64,000 bases of DNA, from assembly GCA_048938385.1 (NCBI GenBank), contig JBHLMG010000001.1, positions 160,001 to 224,000 on the forward strand, written 5' to 3'. Both the position numbers and the translations under genes were made by a program. The first letter of the stretch is position 1, and every line of letters begins with the position of its first letter. This stretch comes from Promethearchaeota archaeon (GTDB lineage: Archaea > Asgardarchaeota > Hermodarchaeia > Hermodarchaeales > Hermodarchaeaceae). Positions 1 through 10,357 of the stretch are shown one piece after another. The notes under the pieces are model-generated. The model saw only the letters and a list, made by a program, of their open reading frames with translations. It was not told the origin of the DNA and did not search any database.

Positions 1-369
1 CCTCCCCTCGTGAAGCAATACCAACCTACCGTGATTCTCGTGTCTGCTGGATTTGATGCCCACTTTCGAGATTACAACACAGATCTTCAGTTCACCACGA
101 CGGGTTACCTCAAAGCTGCACAACTTGTTATGGAAATTGCCCAAAAACACTGTGATGGAAGGGTAGTCATGTTCTTAGAAGGAGGATACGATCTTCGGGC
201 CCTCGCCGAGTCGATTTTCAACACTCTCACGGTTATGAGCGGTCATGGAAAACCCGTCCTTGAAAAGGCGCCTTATGAGGATCCCCGCATAGAGAAATAT
301 GTCACCATGCTTCTGACCGAAACCAAGAAAATTCTCAGATCATGGTGGACTATAAACCTCTCACCCTGA
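1..369 (+). CDS. Histone deacetylase family protein (C-terminal part, truncated by window start)
   Basis: VSAGFDAH and LEGGY motifs of the HDAC/AcuC family. Confidence 0.9.
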   Translation, partial: PPLVKQYQPTVILVSAGFDAHFRDYNTDLQFTTTGYLKAAQLVMEIAQKHCDGRVVMFLEGGYDLRALAESIFNTLTVMSGHGKPVLEKAPYEDPRIEKYVTMLLTETKKILRSWWTINLSP

Positions 370-382
370 ATCAAAAAGCGAA

Positions 383-515
383 TGGTGGGCCGGCCGCGAT
401 TTGAACGCGGGATCACCTGTTAAAGGGTTTGTTCGGTTAACAAACCACGCCCCAGGCAGGCATCATACCAATCTAGCCAAAGGCATCTGCCGGGTGGGAT
501 CTAGACCACCGGCCC
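383..515 (-). tRNA. tRNA-Pro(GGG) with two non-canonical BHB introns (D-loop 471-498; anticodon stem 39/40 420-447)
   Basis: GGGCCGG/CCGGCCC-ACCA acceptor, TTCAAAT T-loop; removing two 28-nt inserts gives CCTGC-CTGGGGC-GCAGG anticodon arm. Confidence 0.9.
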
Positions 516-594
516 ACGGGCTGCTCTCATAATTTCACATCCCCTTTTAACTTCTTTTCTTGCAACCCTCTCCCTAAACACCTTTCAGTTCAGT

Positions 595-1596
595 CTAGTC
601 TTGGTGCTTGTCCTCAAGATAGCCTTCCTGATAATACCAGTTAATTGCTCGGGCAATTCCCTCACGCATAGTGATTTGAGGTGACCAATTCAGGAGGCGT
701 TTCGCAGTCTCATTCGAAAACCACCGGTCTTCATCCATAGCTTGGATGGTTTTCACATGCCAGAGAAAAGTGGTTTTCCTTCGGTTTTTGTAAGGGCTTA
801 AAAGACCAATACCCAGTTTTGCTAGGAATGTCGGTATTTTCCGGCGGGGCGGCTTCACTCCCAGCGTTTCGCCAAGGAATTCAAATAATTCATTATAAGT
901 CATCGGGTCATCAACGCAGAGTATTATCGTTTGGTTTACCGGCGCATCCAAATCCACTGCAGCAAGGATGGCACGAACAACATCATCGATATGAACATAC
1001 ATGAGGTGCTTCTCTCCATCTCCGGGGAGTATGGGAATCTCTCTTTTGTTAACAGCTTCGATAGCTTCAAACGCTGTGTAAAGATCTCCTTCACCCATTA
1101 TACCCGTGGAACGGAGAATTACATGCTCAAGACCAGTATCACTCGAAACTTCTCGGACCATCTCTTCAGCACGCATCTTACTTTTTGAATAGTGAAATTG
1201 AGGTCGGAGCTCAGTTTCTTCAGTTCCCGGAGGATTTTTCACAGGACCGATGACCTCTGTCGTAGAAAGGTAAATGAACCGTCTAACCGAAGCTTCAACG
1301 CAAGCATTGAGAAGGTGTTGGGTGCCATCCACATTCACGCGATAAAGTAATTTTTTATCGCGAGGGTAAAAATCAAAATAAGCCGCTAGATGAATCACTA
1401 CTTCTTGCCCTTGAACCGCAGCGTGTAATGTTGGCTCATCGAGCATGTCCCCTTCGAACAAGTGAAGTTCTTTTGGAAGTCCTTCGAGATTACTCGTGGT
1501 ACGAACAAGCGCTGAAACATCGTGACCCGCTGAAATTAAACTCGAAACAAGTTTTCGTCCGACAAACCCCGTAGCACCCGTAACAAGAATTTTCAT
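595..1596 (-). CDS. NAD-dependent epimerase/dehydratase (extended SDR)
   Basis: TGATGFVG, HLAA, YSKSK motifs. Confidence 0.9.
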   Translation of the reverse strand: MKILVTGATGFVGRKLVSSLISAGHDVSALVRTTSNLEGLPKELHLFEGDMLDEPTLHAAVQGQEVVIHLAAYFDFYPRDKKLLYRVNVDGTQHLLNACVEASVRRFIYLSTTEVIGPVKNPPGTEETELRPQFHYSKSKMRAEEMVREVSSDTGLEHVILRSTGIMGEGDLYTAFEAIEAVNKREIPILPGDGEKHLMYVHIDDVVRAILAAVDLDAPVNQTIILCVDDPMTYNELFEFLGETLGVKPPRRKIPTFLAKLGIGLLSPYKNRRKTTFLWHVKTIQAMDEDRWFSNETAKRLLNWSPQITMREGIARAINWYYQEGYLEDKHQD

Positions 1597-1639
1597 CGGT
1601 AATCCTTCCGGTTTTGTCCAAATTCATTTACATTTCAGC

Positions 1640-2203
1640 TTAGACATTCAGCTCTTTCACTGCTAAATCTTCGTAAATCGGTCCCCTTGGCGTTAAAGTG
1701 CTCTTTTTCAACTTTATATGTGTAACCTGGAATTTCCCGAAATCGTAATTCGCATGGTCTTGTACAACTTTCATAAGTTGTTCTCGATTTTCACCACTTT
1801 TCACTCGTGCAATGGTTAGGTGGGGGGAATATCTTCGAGACTCGACGGAAAATCCATTTCTTCTGAGCTGGTTGCCCAAAAATTTCTGATGCTGAACTAA
1901 GTGATCAGCTCCGATGCCACAACCAATCCAAACTACTCGTGGGCGTTGAGGGCGAAACGAACCCAAACCAACAAGTTCTACATCAAAAGGCTCACCCCTT
2001 ATTCCTTGTAGGATTTCTTCGAGCAGAGCGATTCTATCAGAGTCAACATTCCCCAGAAAGTGCAGGGTGAAATGCAGGTTCTCAGGTTCAACGAGTTTTA
2101 ACCTCGCACGGCTAGACGCTAGCTCGCGCTGTTTCTTCTGAATATTTCTCAACACATCAGGGTCATCCACTTCAACTGCGACGAATGCCCGGAGTTCAGG
2201 CAT
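1640..2203 (-). CDS. thpR: RNA 2',3'-cyclic phosphodiesterase (2'-5' RNA ligase family)
   Basis: Two HxT motifs (HFTLHFLG, PHLTIAR), TLTPRGPIY. Confidence 0.92.
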   Translation of the reverse strand: MPELRAFVAVEVDDPDVLRNIQKKQRELASSRARLKLVEPENLHFTLHFLGNVDSDRIALLEEILQGIRGEPFDVELVGLGSFRPQRPRVVWIGCGIGADHLVQHQKFLGNQLRRNGFSVESRRYSPHLTIARVKSGENREQLMKVVQDHANYDFGKFQVTHIKLKKSTLTPRGPIYEDLAVKELNV

Positions 2204-2305
2204 CTCACATCATCTCCTGTATTATCTGCGTAAAGATATGGGATAACTTTATATCATTCTCCTTGCCCAAAACTCAAATGCTCGCTTTTGGGAGGCTCTG
2301 GTTAG

Positions 2306-3424
2306 TTGAAGACAAAGAAATCATCACGCTCACGTAAACCGCTGGCTGAAATTGCTCGAACCCCAAGTGATTCGCTAACCCAACAGATAGTCCCTGCTAA
2401 AGAAGTGGTTTTACGTCCAGCAGGTTATCCTCTTGAAGTTAACAACGCATCAGTAAACCCGCTACTCCGGATACGCGATGAGAAGCTCTTTAGTGCTTAT
2501 GCGGTTGATCAATGGCAGGGTATCAAAGTCAAAGTTGATGATTATCTCTTCGACCAACTACTGCTTCCTGATTTCGCCTTTGAAGTTGTGTCAGTAATTC
2601 CGGATGAAGCCCACATCGTTGCCGATACGCATATCCGTTTAATTGAACCTCCACAAGTTGCACCCAGTAAGGGGAAGGAAATCGGGTTTGATGATGTTAT
2701 TGGACACGACGATGCAAAAGCGAAATGCCTCATTATTCAGAAATACATGGCTGATCCCCTAAGGTTTGCAGATTGGGCTCCACGCCGTGTACTTTTCTAT
2801 GGACCACCAGGAACAGGCAAAACTATGCTAGCTCGTGCGTTGGCTTGGGAAACGCAAATCAAATTCTACTATGTTAAAGCCACTTCACTAATCGGACAAC
2901 ATGTGGGTGCAGGCGCCGATAAAGTCAACAAGCTATTCGAAAACTCCATTCAGAAAAAACCCTGCATTATCTTCATCGACGAAATCGACTCCATCGGCCT
3001 CGATCGTGGATTTCAATCGGTTCGCGGTGATGTCACAGAGGTTGTAAATTCCCTCATCTCCCAATTTGACCTCATTGAAGAACAAGAAGGCGTCGTCGTC
3101 ATCGCAGCAACGAATACTCGCGATTTCTTGGACCCCGCCCTACGAAGCCGCTTTGAAGAAGAAATTAATTTCCCACTTCCTGATTTCGACGAACGGCTTC
3201 AAATCTTGGAAAAATACAGCGCGACTCTACCAATGCCTGTAAAAACTGATTTAGAATCACTAGCACGGCAAACAGAAGGCTATTCGGGTCGTGATCTAAA
3301 AGATCGTGTACTGAAGGGAGCGCTACATCACGCTCTGGCGAAAGGGCTTGGAGCGTTGGACGAATCAACCTTTAAACACATCAAAGTCATCCGAACATCA
3401 AAGGAAAAGGGCTTGTACAAGTAG
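2306..3424 (+). CDS. Archaeal AAA+ ATPase (COG1223-type)
   Basis: WAPRRVLFYGPPGTGKT, IFIDEIDSIGLDR, YAVDQW N-terminal motif. Confidence 0.85.
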   Translation: MKTKKSSRSRKPLAEIARTPSDSLTQQIVPAKEVVLRPAGYPLEVNNASVNPLLRIRDEKLFSAYAVDQWQGIKVKVDDYLFDQLLLPDFAFEVVSVIPDEAHIVADTHIRLIEPPQVAPSKGKEIGFDDVIGHDDAKAKCLIIQKYMADPLRFADWAPRRVLFYGPPGTGKTMLARALAWETQIKFYYVKATSLIGQHVGAGADKVNKLFENSIQKKPCIIFIDEIDSIGLDRGFQSVRGDVTEVVNSLISQFDLIEEQEGVVVIAATNTRDFLDPALRSRFEEEINFPLPDFDERLQILEKYSATLPMPVKTDLESLARQTEGYSGRDLKDRVLKGALHHALAKGLGALDESTFKHIKVIRTSKEKGLYK

Positions 3425-3438
3425 TTCACCATCGTCTG

Positions 3439-4005
3439 GTGGTTATATTGCATGAAAAGAGTACCACCATCTTTTGTGGGATGCCAGGATCGGGAAAATC
3501 CATCGGAGCCACTGTGGCTCGAGAGTTACAAATTCCTGTTTTTGTAATGGGTGATGTGGTTCGCGAAGAAGTGACACGCCAAAAACTTCCGCATTCACCC
3601 CAAACGCTTGGTAGAATGATGCTCAAATTACGAGAAGAGTATGGACCAGCGGTGATAGCTCTAAGATGTATTGAAAAAATACTCCAAGAGCCAAGCCCTT
3701 GTGTGGTTGTAGATGGTGCAAGGAGTGAAGCAGAAATCAACGCTTTTAAAAAGATGTTAACTCCGGTCAAGGTTATAGCTGTTCACGCTTCTCCCCAAAT
3801 CCGGTTTGAACGGCTGCGAAAACGAGGTCGTGCAGACGATGCAATTACAAGAGAGCAATTCCTCGAAAGAGATGCTCGAGAACTCGATGTAGGATTAGGG
3901 CGTGTTATCGCACAAGCCGATGTTATGCTCATAAACGAAGGCGACTTGGACGCACTACAAGCACAAGTAAGACAAATTCTCAAATCTGACTTCGGTCTTG
4001 ACTAG
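3439..4005 (+). CDS. P-loop nucleotide kinase-like protein (UPF0200 / archaeal dephospho-CoA kinase-like)
   Basis: GMPGSGKS, MGDVVREE, VVDGARS, RDARELDVG. Confidence 0.8.
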   Translation: MVILHEKSTTIFCGMPGSGKSIGATVARELQIPVFVMGDVVREEVTRQKLPHSPQTLGRMMLKLREEYGPAVIALRCIEKILQEPSPCVVVDGARSEAEINAFKKMLTPVKVIAVHASPQIRFERLRKRGRADDAITREQFLERDARELDVGLGRVIAQADVMLINEGDLDALQAQVRQILKSDFGLD

Positions 4006-4462
4006 CCAACTGGGGGAACAAGTAATAATCTCAGTTAATTTGTGGGCGAAGGTAAAACCGACAGAAGACATCGAAAAAGTCAAGCAAGCCTTTCTAAACC
4101 TCTGCCCTCCAGCAACTATCAAAGTTATTCAAAATAGCCACCAGGGCACGGTACTCGAAGGTCATGCAACCGGTGTTGAATCCATTTCTCAACTAGCGAA
4201 AAAATTTCGTGAACAACGAATCCTTCAGGCAGTTCGAAATCAGTTACTAGCAGCAGTGCAAGAAAACTCAATCATGTTTGGTATGCAACGCCAAGCCGCG
4301 TTCGCAAATCGCTTTCATCTCTGTGATTTAGACGATTACTCTGCGATGGGACCAATCCATGTGAAAATATCCGCTGACCACATAAGGGATGTCATTGACT
4401 ATATCAGTCCCCCAACAATGAAAGGAAAACCTCAATTCCAGAAAGGGCTTAAACTCGAATGA
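3998..4462 (+). CDS. UPF0201/DUF54 RNA-binding protein
   Basis: PTEDIEKV, REQRIL, RQAAF, MGPI motifs; typical partner of UPF0200. Confidence 0.8.
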   Translation: MTSQLGEQVIISVNLWAKVKPTEDIEKVKQAFLNLCPPATIKVIQNSHQGTVLEGHATGVESISQLAKKFREQRILQAVRNQLLAAVQENSIMFGMQRQAAFANRFHLCDLDDYSAMGPIHVKISADHIRDVIDYISPPTMKGKPQFQKGLKLE

Positions 4463-4508
4463 GCACACCTTCGATTTGGCTCTTTCTCAACCATAAACTG
4501 TTAGTGAG

Positions 4509-5414
4509 TTATTTACTAAATTGGTGTACTTCTAAATCCTTGGGAGCAAAGGTTCGAGGGAACACGCTTTGTGCTTCCTGAAGATGCAATTCAGGTGAAG
4601 CATATCGTGGACTAATGTGGACTAGAGCAAGCTGTTTTGCTTGAAGTTGAAGGGCAATTTGCGCTGCTTGTAGAGCGGTTGAGTGCAGAAATTCTGTGGC
4701 CCTCTCTTTATGCATCTCTATAAAGGTCGCATCATGAATCAGCAAATCAACCTTGTTAACAGACGAGGCTAACTTCGAATTTGGCGCTGTATCGCCTGTA
4801 TACACAACGATGAGACCTTTCCGAGAGGGTCCCACGACTTCCTTCGGAGTTACCCGTCTCCCCTCGGGAGTGATCACTGCTCGACCTTGTTGTAGGTCTT
4901 TACGAAGTGTCCCTGGTGGTACGCCTAAGTGGTTAGCTTTAGTCGGATAGAACCTTCCTGGAGTGTCAGCCATACGAAGAATGAAGGAAAGCGCAGGAAC
5001 GCTGTGTACGGCTGGGAGACATTCTACCGTATATTCTTCTTGTTCAGTGATTATACCGTTTCCAACTTCTCGAACTGTCAATTTAAATTCAATTTGTGCT
5101 TGGGTCAGCTCAAGAGAGTTCTCAATGAATTTGCTGATACCGGTTGGACCGAAAACAGACAGGGGCTTAGCTCGTTTTTGCATAGCCATTGTCGATACCA
5201 ACCCGGGAAGCCCTAGGACATGGTCGCCATGAAGGTGTGAAATGAAGATTTGAGTAATTCGCTGTGGACTTAACTTAGCTCGTTGTAGTTGAAGTTGGGT
5301 GCCTTCTCCGCAATCAAAAAGTAGAATTCTCCTTTTCAGATAGATAGCCACAGCTGGGAGTGTTCGTTCTAGTGAAGGAATTCCTCCACCTACGCCAAGG
5401 AAATAAACTTTCAT
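4509..5414 (-). CDS. rnz: Ribonuclease Z
   Basis: FDCGEGTQ, SHLHGDH, GVPPG exosite, YTGDT, HISPRY. Confidence 0.95.
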   Translation of the reverse strand: MKVYFLGVGGGIPSLERTLPAVAIYLKRRILLFDCGEGTQLQLQRAKLSPQRITQIFISHLHGDHVLGLPGLVSTMAMQKRAKPLSVFGPTGISKFIENSLELTQAQIEFKLTVREVGNGIITEQEEYTVECLPAVHSVPALSFILRMADTPGRFYPTKANHLGVPPGTLRKDLQQGRAVITPEGRRVTPKEVVGPSRKGLIVVYTGDTAPNSKLASSVNKVDLLIHDATFIEMHKERATEFLHSTALQAAQIALQLQAKQLALVHISPRYASPELHLQEAQSVFPRTFAPKDLEVHQFSK

Positions 5415-5418
5415 GGTC

Positions 5419-6477
5419 TTACTTCCGCTGCAATACTATGATGAAGCGTTTTAGACTTCGATGAATTCGCATCGAGTGCGTTTCCCTAATTCGAAATGCG
5501 TCTGAAGGTATAATTTCTTCTGTGAAATACTTGAAAGGCAACGCCACGCACAGGTACTTATTTGGTTTCAACACATCTGCAAGCGAGGTAAGGCTTGATT
5601 GAACGAGGCTCACAACCTTTGATCCCTTCGTCGAACTAGACCGTCCATAAGGCGGATCCGTTGCAATAGCGTCGACGAATCGATCTCTCAAGGGAGGGGC
5701 TCGGGCATCACCTAGCATTCCGTTAAATGTGAAATGGTAATGCTGCATATTTTGACCACAACCTGTAAGAATAGCTGGATCAATGTCTAGCCCAATAGGA
5801 ACACACCCTATATCTGCGGCTTCTAGCAGCAATCCTCCTGTCCCACAGAAGGGATCAAGAAATCGGCTTCCTGATGTAGCGTGGCTTAAATTTACCATCA
5901 CCCGAGCAATTTTCGGGTTGATTGCACTTGGAACGAAAAAGGGTCGAAGGGGGCTCCGTCGTTGAAATAATCCTACTCGATCGCGAAACGCTAGATGTGG
6001 ACCGAAATAAAAGCGGTCCCCCAAAATCACTCCCATGAAGAGAATGTCCGGGCTAGTGAGGTCAACTTTGACTTTTCCATTCAGAGCTTGCCAAATCGCT
6101 GAACCTATTACACTTTGAAGGGCATCAACATCAATTGGAGTTGATTCGCGTTCTACTCTCGTCACCTTAACACCGAAACGCGCACCGGGATGTAGCCATT
6201 GCGAAAAATCGACATCCTTCAGCGAACGAAGAATCTCCGATTCCTCTGTTGTTGACTCCATCACTACTATGCTAGCTTGGTTTACCAATCCGGCGCGTTC
6301 AACTGCGATTTTCGCTCCTCCTGGATCAACCTTTAGTAGCGCGCAGGGCTGTCTGTGCCACATAAATGTGAACGAAAAACCTTCGGACTCTAAAATTGCA
6401 GAAAGTTCAGCTTGAGGCAGAGTATCATGTTCCCCTGACAATATGAACAAACATGAATAAAGGGCCGTTTGCGTCAA
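5419..6477 (-). CDS. trm11: tRNA (guanine10-N2)-methyltransferase Trm11/TrmG10 (THUMP + MTase)
   Basis: DPFCGTGG, TDPPYGR, RIHRSL. Confidence 0.85.
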   Translation of the reverse strand: MTQTALYSCLFILSGEHDTLPQAELSAILESEGFSFTFMWHRQPCALLKVDPGGAKIAVERAGLVNQASIVVMESTTEESEILRSLKDVDFSQWLHPGARFGVKVTRVERESTPIDVDALQSVIGSAIWQALNGKVKVDLTSPDILFMGVILGDRFYFGPHLAFRDRVGLFQRRSPLRPFFVPSAINPKIARVMVNLSHATSGSRFLDPFCGTGGLLLEAADIGCVPIGLDIDPAILTGCGQNMQHYHFTFNGMLGDARAPPLRDRFVDAIATDPPYGRSSSTKGSKVVSLVQSSLTSLADVLKPNKYLCVALPFKYFTEEIIPSDAFRIRETHSMRIHRSLKRFIIVLQRK

Positions 6478-6932
6478 AGGTCCCCCTCCAGGTTCTTCAC
6501 CATAACAAACCCGTCTTCTCCCTCATAGAACCTATTTAGACGGCTTTTCACTTGGAAACCAAAACTTCGATACAACTGTTGAGCTGCTTGATTTGAAACT
6601 CTTACAACTAGAAGCGCTTCCTGACACCCTTTCTCTTCGAACGCTCTGAAAATCCGCATCATTAACTGTCGTCCTATACTTTGCCTTCGATACGGCTGAG
6701 CTACAGCAATTGAGTCTAAATGCCCTATTCGACGATTATTGGCTTCTTGATGAATAGATGCAATAATGTATCCGACAGTAGTTCCATCTTTACTAGCAAT
6801 AAAAAACAAGTCTGGGAAGAACTGAAAATAGATTTGGAAGGCTGCTTCATTCCAAGGAGCAGGAAAGGAATGAGTTTCGATTTGTAAGATCGCCTCTAAA
6901 TCCTCTTCAGTGGCAGCCCTAATGGTAACCAT
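6474..6932 (-). CDS. rimI: N-terminal acetyltransferase RimI/Ard1 (GNAT)
   Basis: SIAVAQPYRRQSIG, VRVSN..AQQLY..FGF. Confidence 0.85.
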   Translation of the reverse strand: MVTIRAATEEDLEAILQIETHSFPAPWNEAAFQIYFQFFPDLFFIASKDGTTVGYIIASIHQEANNRRIGHLDSIAVAQPYRRQSIGRQLMMRIFRAFEEKGCQEALLVVRVSNQAAQQLYRSFGFQVKSRLNRFYEGEDGFVMVKNLEGDL

Positions 6933-6996
6933 TTGGCTATTCCTTCAAGGCAATACAAATATGAGTGTGTCTATTCGTAGAAGAGGGAGAAACTCC

Positions 6997-8100
6997 GTGA
7001 AAATTGTCACTAAAAAGCTACGCATAGGTCTAGTCGTGGTAGTTCCTGAAGATATGGATGACCTGTGGCACCTTTACAACATCATCCTACCAGGTGACCA
7101 AGTAGCCGCACGGACAGTTCGGCGAGTTCGACGGGATTCAGACGACAGCTCTAGGCCTGACAAGGGCGAACGGCGACCTATGTTCATTCGCCTAACAGTA
7201 GAAGAGGTGGCTTTGCATAAATACTCGAATCGCTTACGGGTTAAAGGGCGTATTTTAGAAGGTCCAGAAGACTTCGTCTCTACTGGAACCTATCACACCA
7301 TCAATGTAGAACCAGGAGTAAAGGTGGAAATTACAAAAGAATCTTGGCCGCGCCCTTTACTCCGTCGAATCGAAGATGCAACCAAAAGGAGGGGACAGCG
7401 GCTCATCGTTATCGCAGTTGAAGAGGATCAAGCCTCGATCGGCATCATAGATGATTCAGGTGTTGATGTCCGTGTGGAAGTTCATGGCACTGCCCGGGGG
7501 AAATATGGCAAATATATCCAATCTGCTGATGCATTTAGCCAAATGTTCGCCAGCATCGCGACCCAACTTCGGGAATTACTGACTTCCTTAACAGAGGTTC
7601 TTCATATCGTAATTGTAGGACCAGGTTCTACAAAAGAAAAACTCAGTGATTATCTTCAAAACCATGTTCCTGCGAGTAAAGGTCGAGTTGTTTTGGAACA
7701 TACAAGTACCGGCACAGTTGGGGGGATTTACGAAGCTCTTAATCGGGGAATAATTGAACGCCTTGCGGGAGAAATCCGACTAAATCGCGAAATACAACTC
7801 ATAGACGAAGTTCTACAGCATTTAGGTAAAGGCACGGGAAAAACCGCTTATGGGTGGCAAGAAATCCGTCGAGCTGTTCAATTTGGTGCTATTGAAACAC
7901 TCCTAATCCTTGATAAACTCTTCAGGGAGGCTCCTCCAGAACAACGCCGCGAGCTCGAATCAATCATGAGACAAGTTGAAGATCAAGCAGGGACAATTGA
8001 ACTGTTTAGCGCTGAACATCACGCCGGAAAACAGCTTCAAGGCTTGGGAGGACTAGCAGCGCTCCTCCGGTTTTCCCTGCCTTTTACTAAAGAGGATTAA
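6997..8100 (+). CDS. pelA: mRNA surveillance protein Pelota
   Basis: DDLWHLYNII, RLRVKG, YHTINV, LGGLAALLRF; GTG start inferred at 6997. Confidence 0.95.
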   Translation: MKIVTKKLRIGLVVVVPEDMDDLWHLYNIILPGDQVAARTVRRVRRDSDDSSRPDKGERRPMFIRLTVEEVALHKYSNRLRVKGRILEGPEDFVSTGTYHTINVEPGVKVEITKESWPRPLLRRIEDATKRRGQRLIVIAVEEDQASIGIIDDSGVDVRVEVHGTARGKYGKYIQSADAFSQMFASIATQLRELLTSLTEVLHIVIVGPGSTKEKLSDYLQNHVPASKGRVVLEHTSTGTVGGIYEALNRGIIERLAGEIRLNREIQLIDEVLQHLGKGTGKTAYGWQEIRRAVQFGAIETLLILDKLFREAPPEQRRELESIMRQVEDQAGTIELFSAEHHAGKQLQGLGGLAALLRFSLPFTKED

Positions 8101-9181
8101 AAGATACTTGAAACCGGCTTGCAATTGGGTATTCTTCTGCAACTCCCACTTGAAATCCTTGGGCTTTCAATCTGCTAGCTAGCTGATAAACCAAAGCAAT
8201 CGAGGTTTCAATTTGACCACGACTCTCATTAATCCAAAAGTCTTCCTTCGAAAGGTTAGGACCTTTCAGTAACATCGCAAGAGTCTCTGCCATAGACATC
8301 CCTGGAGGGGGTTTGATTATCCCTTTAACAATCAACCCTTCCTCAGTTATCTCTTCAAAGGATTTGGCTACTTTTTTCGCTCTCCGTCGGAAACGGTTAC
8401 GGAGTTGAGTTCCGTCTTTGAGTGTGAGTGGACAATAATGGAGGTTCAAAGAGGTTTCTGCTGCTGCCCACTCTAGCAATTCGAGGGCTTCCTCTTCACT
8501 TCCCTGTACGGAGGCAATAGAGTCCAAATCTAACTGTAAACCGCGTTTTTTTAGCTCATTTGCATTCAATGCGGTATATTCTAACTCATTGAGGTTCACA
8601 AAGTCAATCCCAATAGCTTCTAATTGGCGTAAAAAGTCCTTTAGCTGCTCCCGCATACCAGGAATGACTGGAATTTCGATGCCAAGTTTTGCCCTTCCTT
8701 TAGTGAGTGCTCGAAGCCGAGGAATGTCAGGTCCTAACGAAAAACGATGAAGCCTTAGCTCGTCAAGCCCGGCATTTAGTAATTTCTCAACAATATCAAG
8801 TGGAACCGGTTCTAGACCCGTATATAGGTGGATATGGAACTGCGAACCAAATTCTTCTTTAAAGAGACGGATGAACTGTAGAGTCCTCTCTACTTCATGG
8901 AGTGGCTCGCCACCTGTGATTCCCATACCTGTGGCTTCTATCATGTGGGCTTCTGCGATGGCTTGCTCAGGTTGCTCAACCACAACCTCATTAGCAAAGA
9001 TCGTGTCTTGGTTTCGACGCATTTCAGAAATAGGGCAGTAGAAACAAGATTTAGCACATTTCCCTGTGATGAACAAAACAAGCTTCGCTCCTTTGATGCA
9101 TTCCCTACATCCTTCAACCAAAATCCCTGTATGGGGGGAATTACCAAGCGATAACCGGATTTTTCGCACCACTTCTATCAC
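8087..9181 (-). CDS. Radical SAM protein (conserved archaeal COG2108-like)
   Basis: CAKSCFYC, ITGGEP, GLDELR, NLNELE. Confidence 0.88.
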   Translation of the reverse strand: MIEVVRKIRLSLGNSPHTGILVEGCRECIKGAKLVLFITGKCAKSCFYCPISEMRRNQDTIFANEVVVEQPEQAIAEAHMIEATGMGITGGEPLHEVERTLQFIRLFKEEFGSQFHIHLYTGLEPVPLDIVEKLLNAGLDELRLHRFSLGPDIPRLRALTKGRAKLGIEIPVIPGMREQLKDFLRQLEAIGIDFVNLNELEYTALNANELKKRGLQLDLDSIASVQGSEEEALELLEWAAAETSLNLHYCPLTLKDGTQLRNRFRRRAKKVAKSFEEITEEGLIVKGIIKPPPGMSMAETLAMLLKGPNLSKEDFWINESRGQIETSIALVYQLASRLKAQGFQVGVAEEYPIASRFQVSFNPL

Positions 9182-9900
9182 CCTTTCTGAACTCGACGAC
9201 GAACCACTGGGTCTCGATCTGAAACATGTTTCAAAACCGCCTCAAAAGTATCCTCAGGGGCCAGTGGTCGTTTGAGGTAAACACCTGTCCTCCCGACCGA
9301 GTCACGACGCATTAACACTTTTACTCGTTCTTCGACGATTTTAAGGCTCACGCCCACCTTCTTCGCGACCAATTCTTCATTACCCACAACGGCAGTCGAA
9401 ATATGGCCGGTCTTGGTTGGCTCTATTAGGATCAGTCGCTTATCTACACCTGGTACGCGCCTTTCTGTTTGCAGCTCTTCTCTTCGAAGGCATCCTCCAA
9501 ACCGATAGAACTCCAGTTCAATTGGCGAGGGACTGGTTAAGGGGAAAGTGACAACGGTATTATTAGGTAAATAGATGTGAGCCTTAATGGCATGGAATGG
9601 TGTAGCGTGTACTAATTCACGGTGAATAATCTGACGACCTGCTTGATTCAACGCAAATTCCACTGTAAATGAAGGAATCACCCGCGGAATATACACATCG
9701 ATGTCACTACTCTCAGACACATCACCACGACACAGACTCCCATGAACTAAAGTCTCGGCTCCACTTGGTTCTAACACCGTCATCAGGGCAATCGCTCGTT
9801 GACGAAGGCTGGCAAGTAAGACCCAATGGCTATCACTGTAAATGACTTCTTGGCTTCCAGTGTCTCGACGCACGGGCTTTTTTCGCGGCATGAACTTCAA
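9178..9900 (-). CDS. Pol-beta-type nucleotidyltransferase (COG2413-like)
   Basis: HGSLCRGDVSESSDID, RVPGVDKRL, GRTGVY. Confidence 0.85.
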   Translation of the reverse strand: MKFMPRKKPVRRDTGSQEVIYSDSHWVLLASLRQRAIALMTVLEPSGAETLVHGSLCRGDVSESSDIDVYIPRVIPSFTVEFALNQAGRQIIHRELVHATPFHAIKAHIYLPNNTVVTFPLTSPSPIELEFYRFGGCLRREELQTERRVPGVDKRLILIEPTKTGHISTAVVGNEELVAKKVGVSLKIVEERVKVLMRRDSVGRTGVYLKRPLAPEDTFEAVLKHVSDRDPVVRRRVQKG

Positions 9901-9919
9901 TCCAACAGAAAATGCTGTT

Positions 9920-10240
9920 CTACTTACCTACAGTGGCAGCTATCCACTCAAGATAGGCTCCGTATCCGTCTTGTATTGGGGCGCTAATAATTTCCGGTAC
10001 TTCGTAACTGTGGAGGGATAATACCCGCTCTCTAAGAGACGCAAATCGATCCTGCTGAGTTTTAATAATCAACAGGCTTTCCTTGTCTTCAATTATTTCT
10101 CCTTTCCATCGGTAGATGGATTTTTGCTGAACCATTCCAACGCAAGCAGCGAGCGCTTCCTCAACTAGTGTTCGTGCAATTAATTTTGCCTCTTTTTCAT
10201 TACCTACTGTTACAAACGCAATGATGAAACCTGAAGGCAT
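9920..10240 (-). CDS. cutA: Divalent-cation tolerance protein CutA
   Basis: LAACV, SIYRWKG, HSYEVPEI, YLEW. Confidence 0.92.
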   Translation of the reverse strand: MPSGFIIAFVTVGNEKEAKLIARTLVEEALAACVGMVQQKSIYRWKGEIIEDKESLLIIKTQQDRFASLRERVLSLHSYEVPEIISAPIQDGYGAYLEWIAATVGK

Positions 10241-10357
10241 CTCTTCACACCCACCAAGAGGGGCTCCAACCGGATTAATTAAAAGCTTCGCTCTCATCGG
10301 TGCAGCACACATTTATACCGAATGTATAATGTGGAAAAACCCTGAGGCGTATATTGA

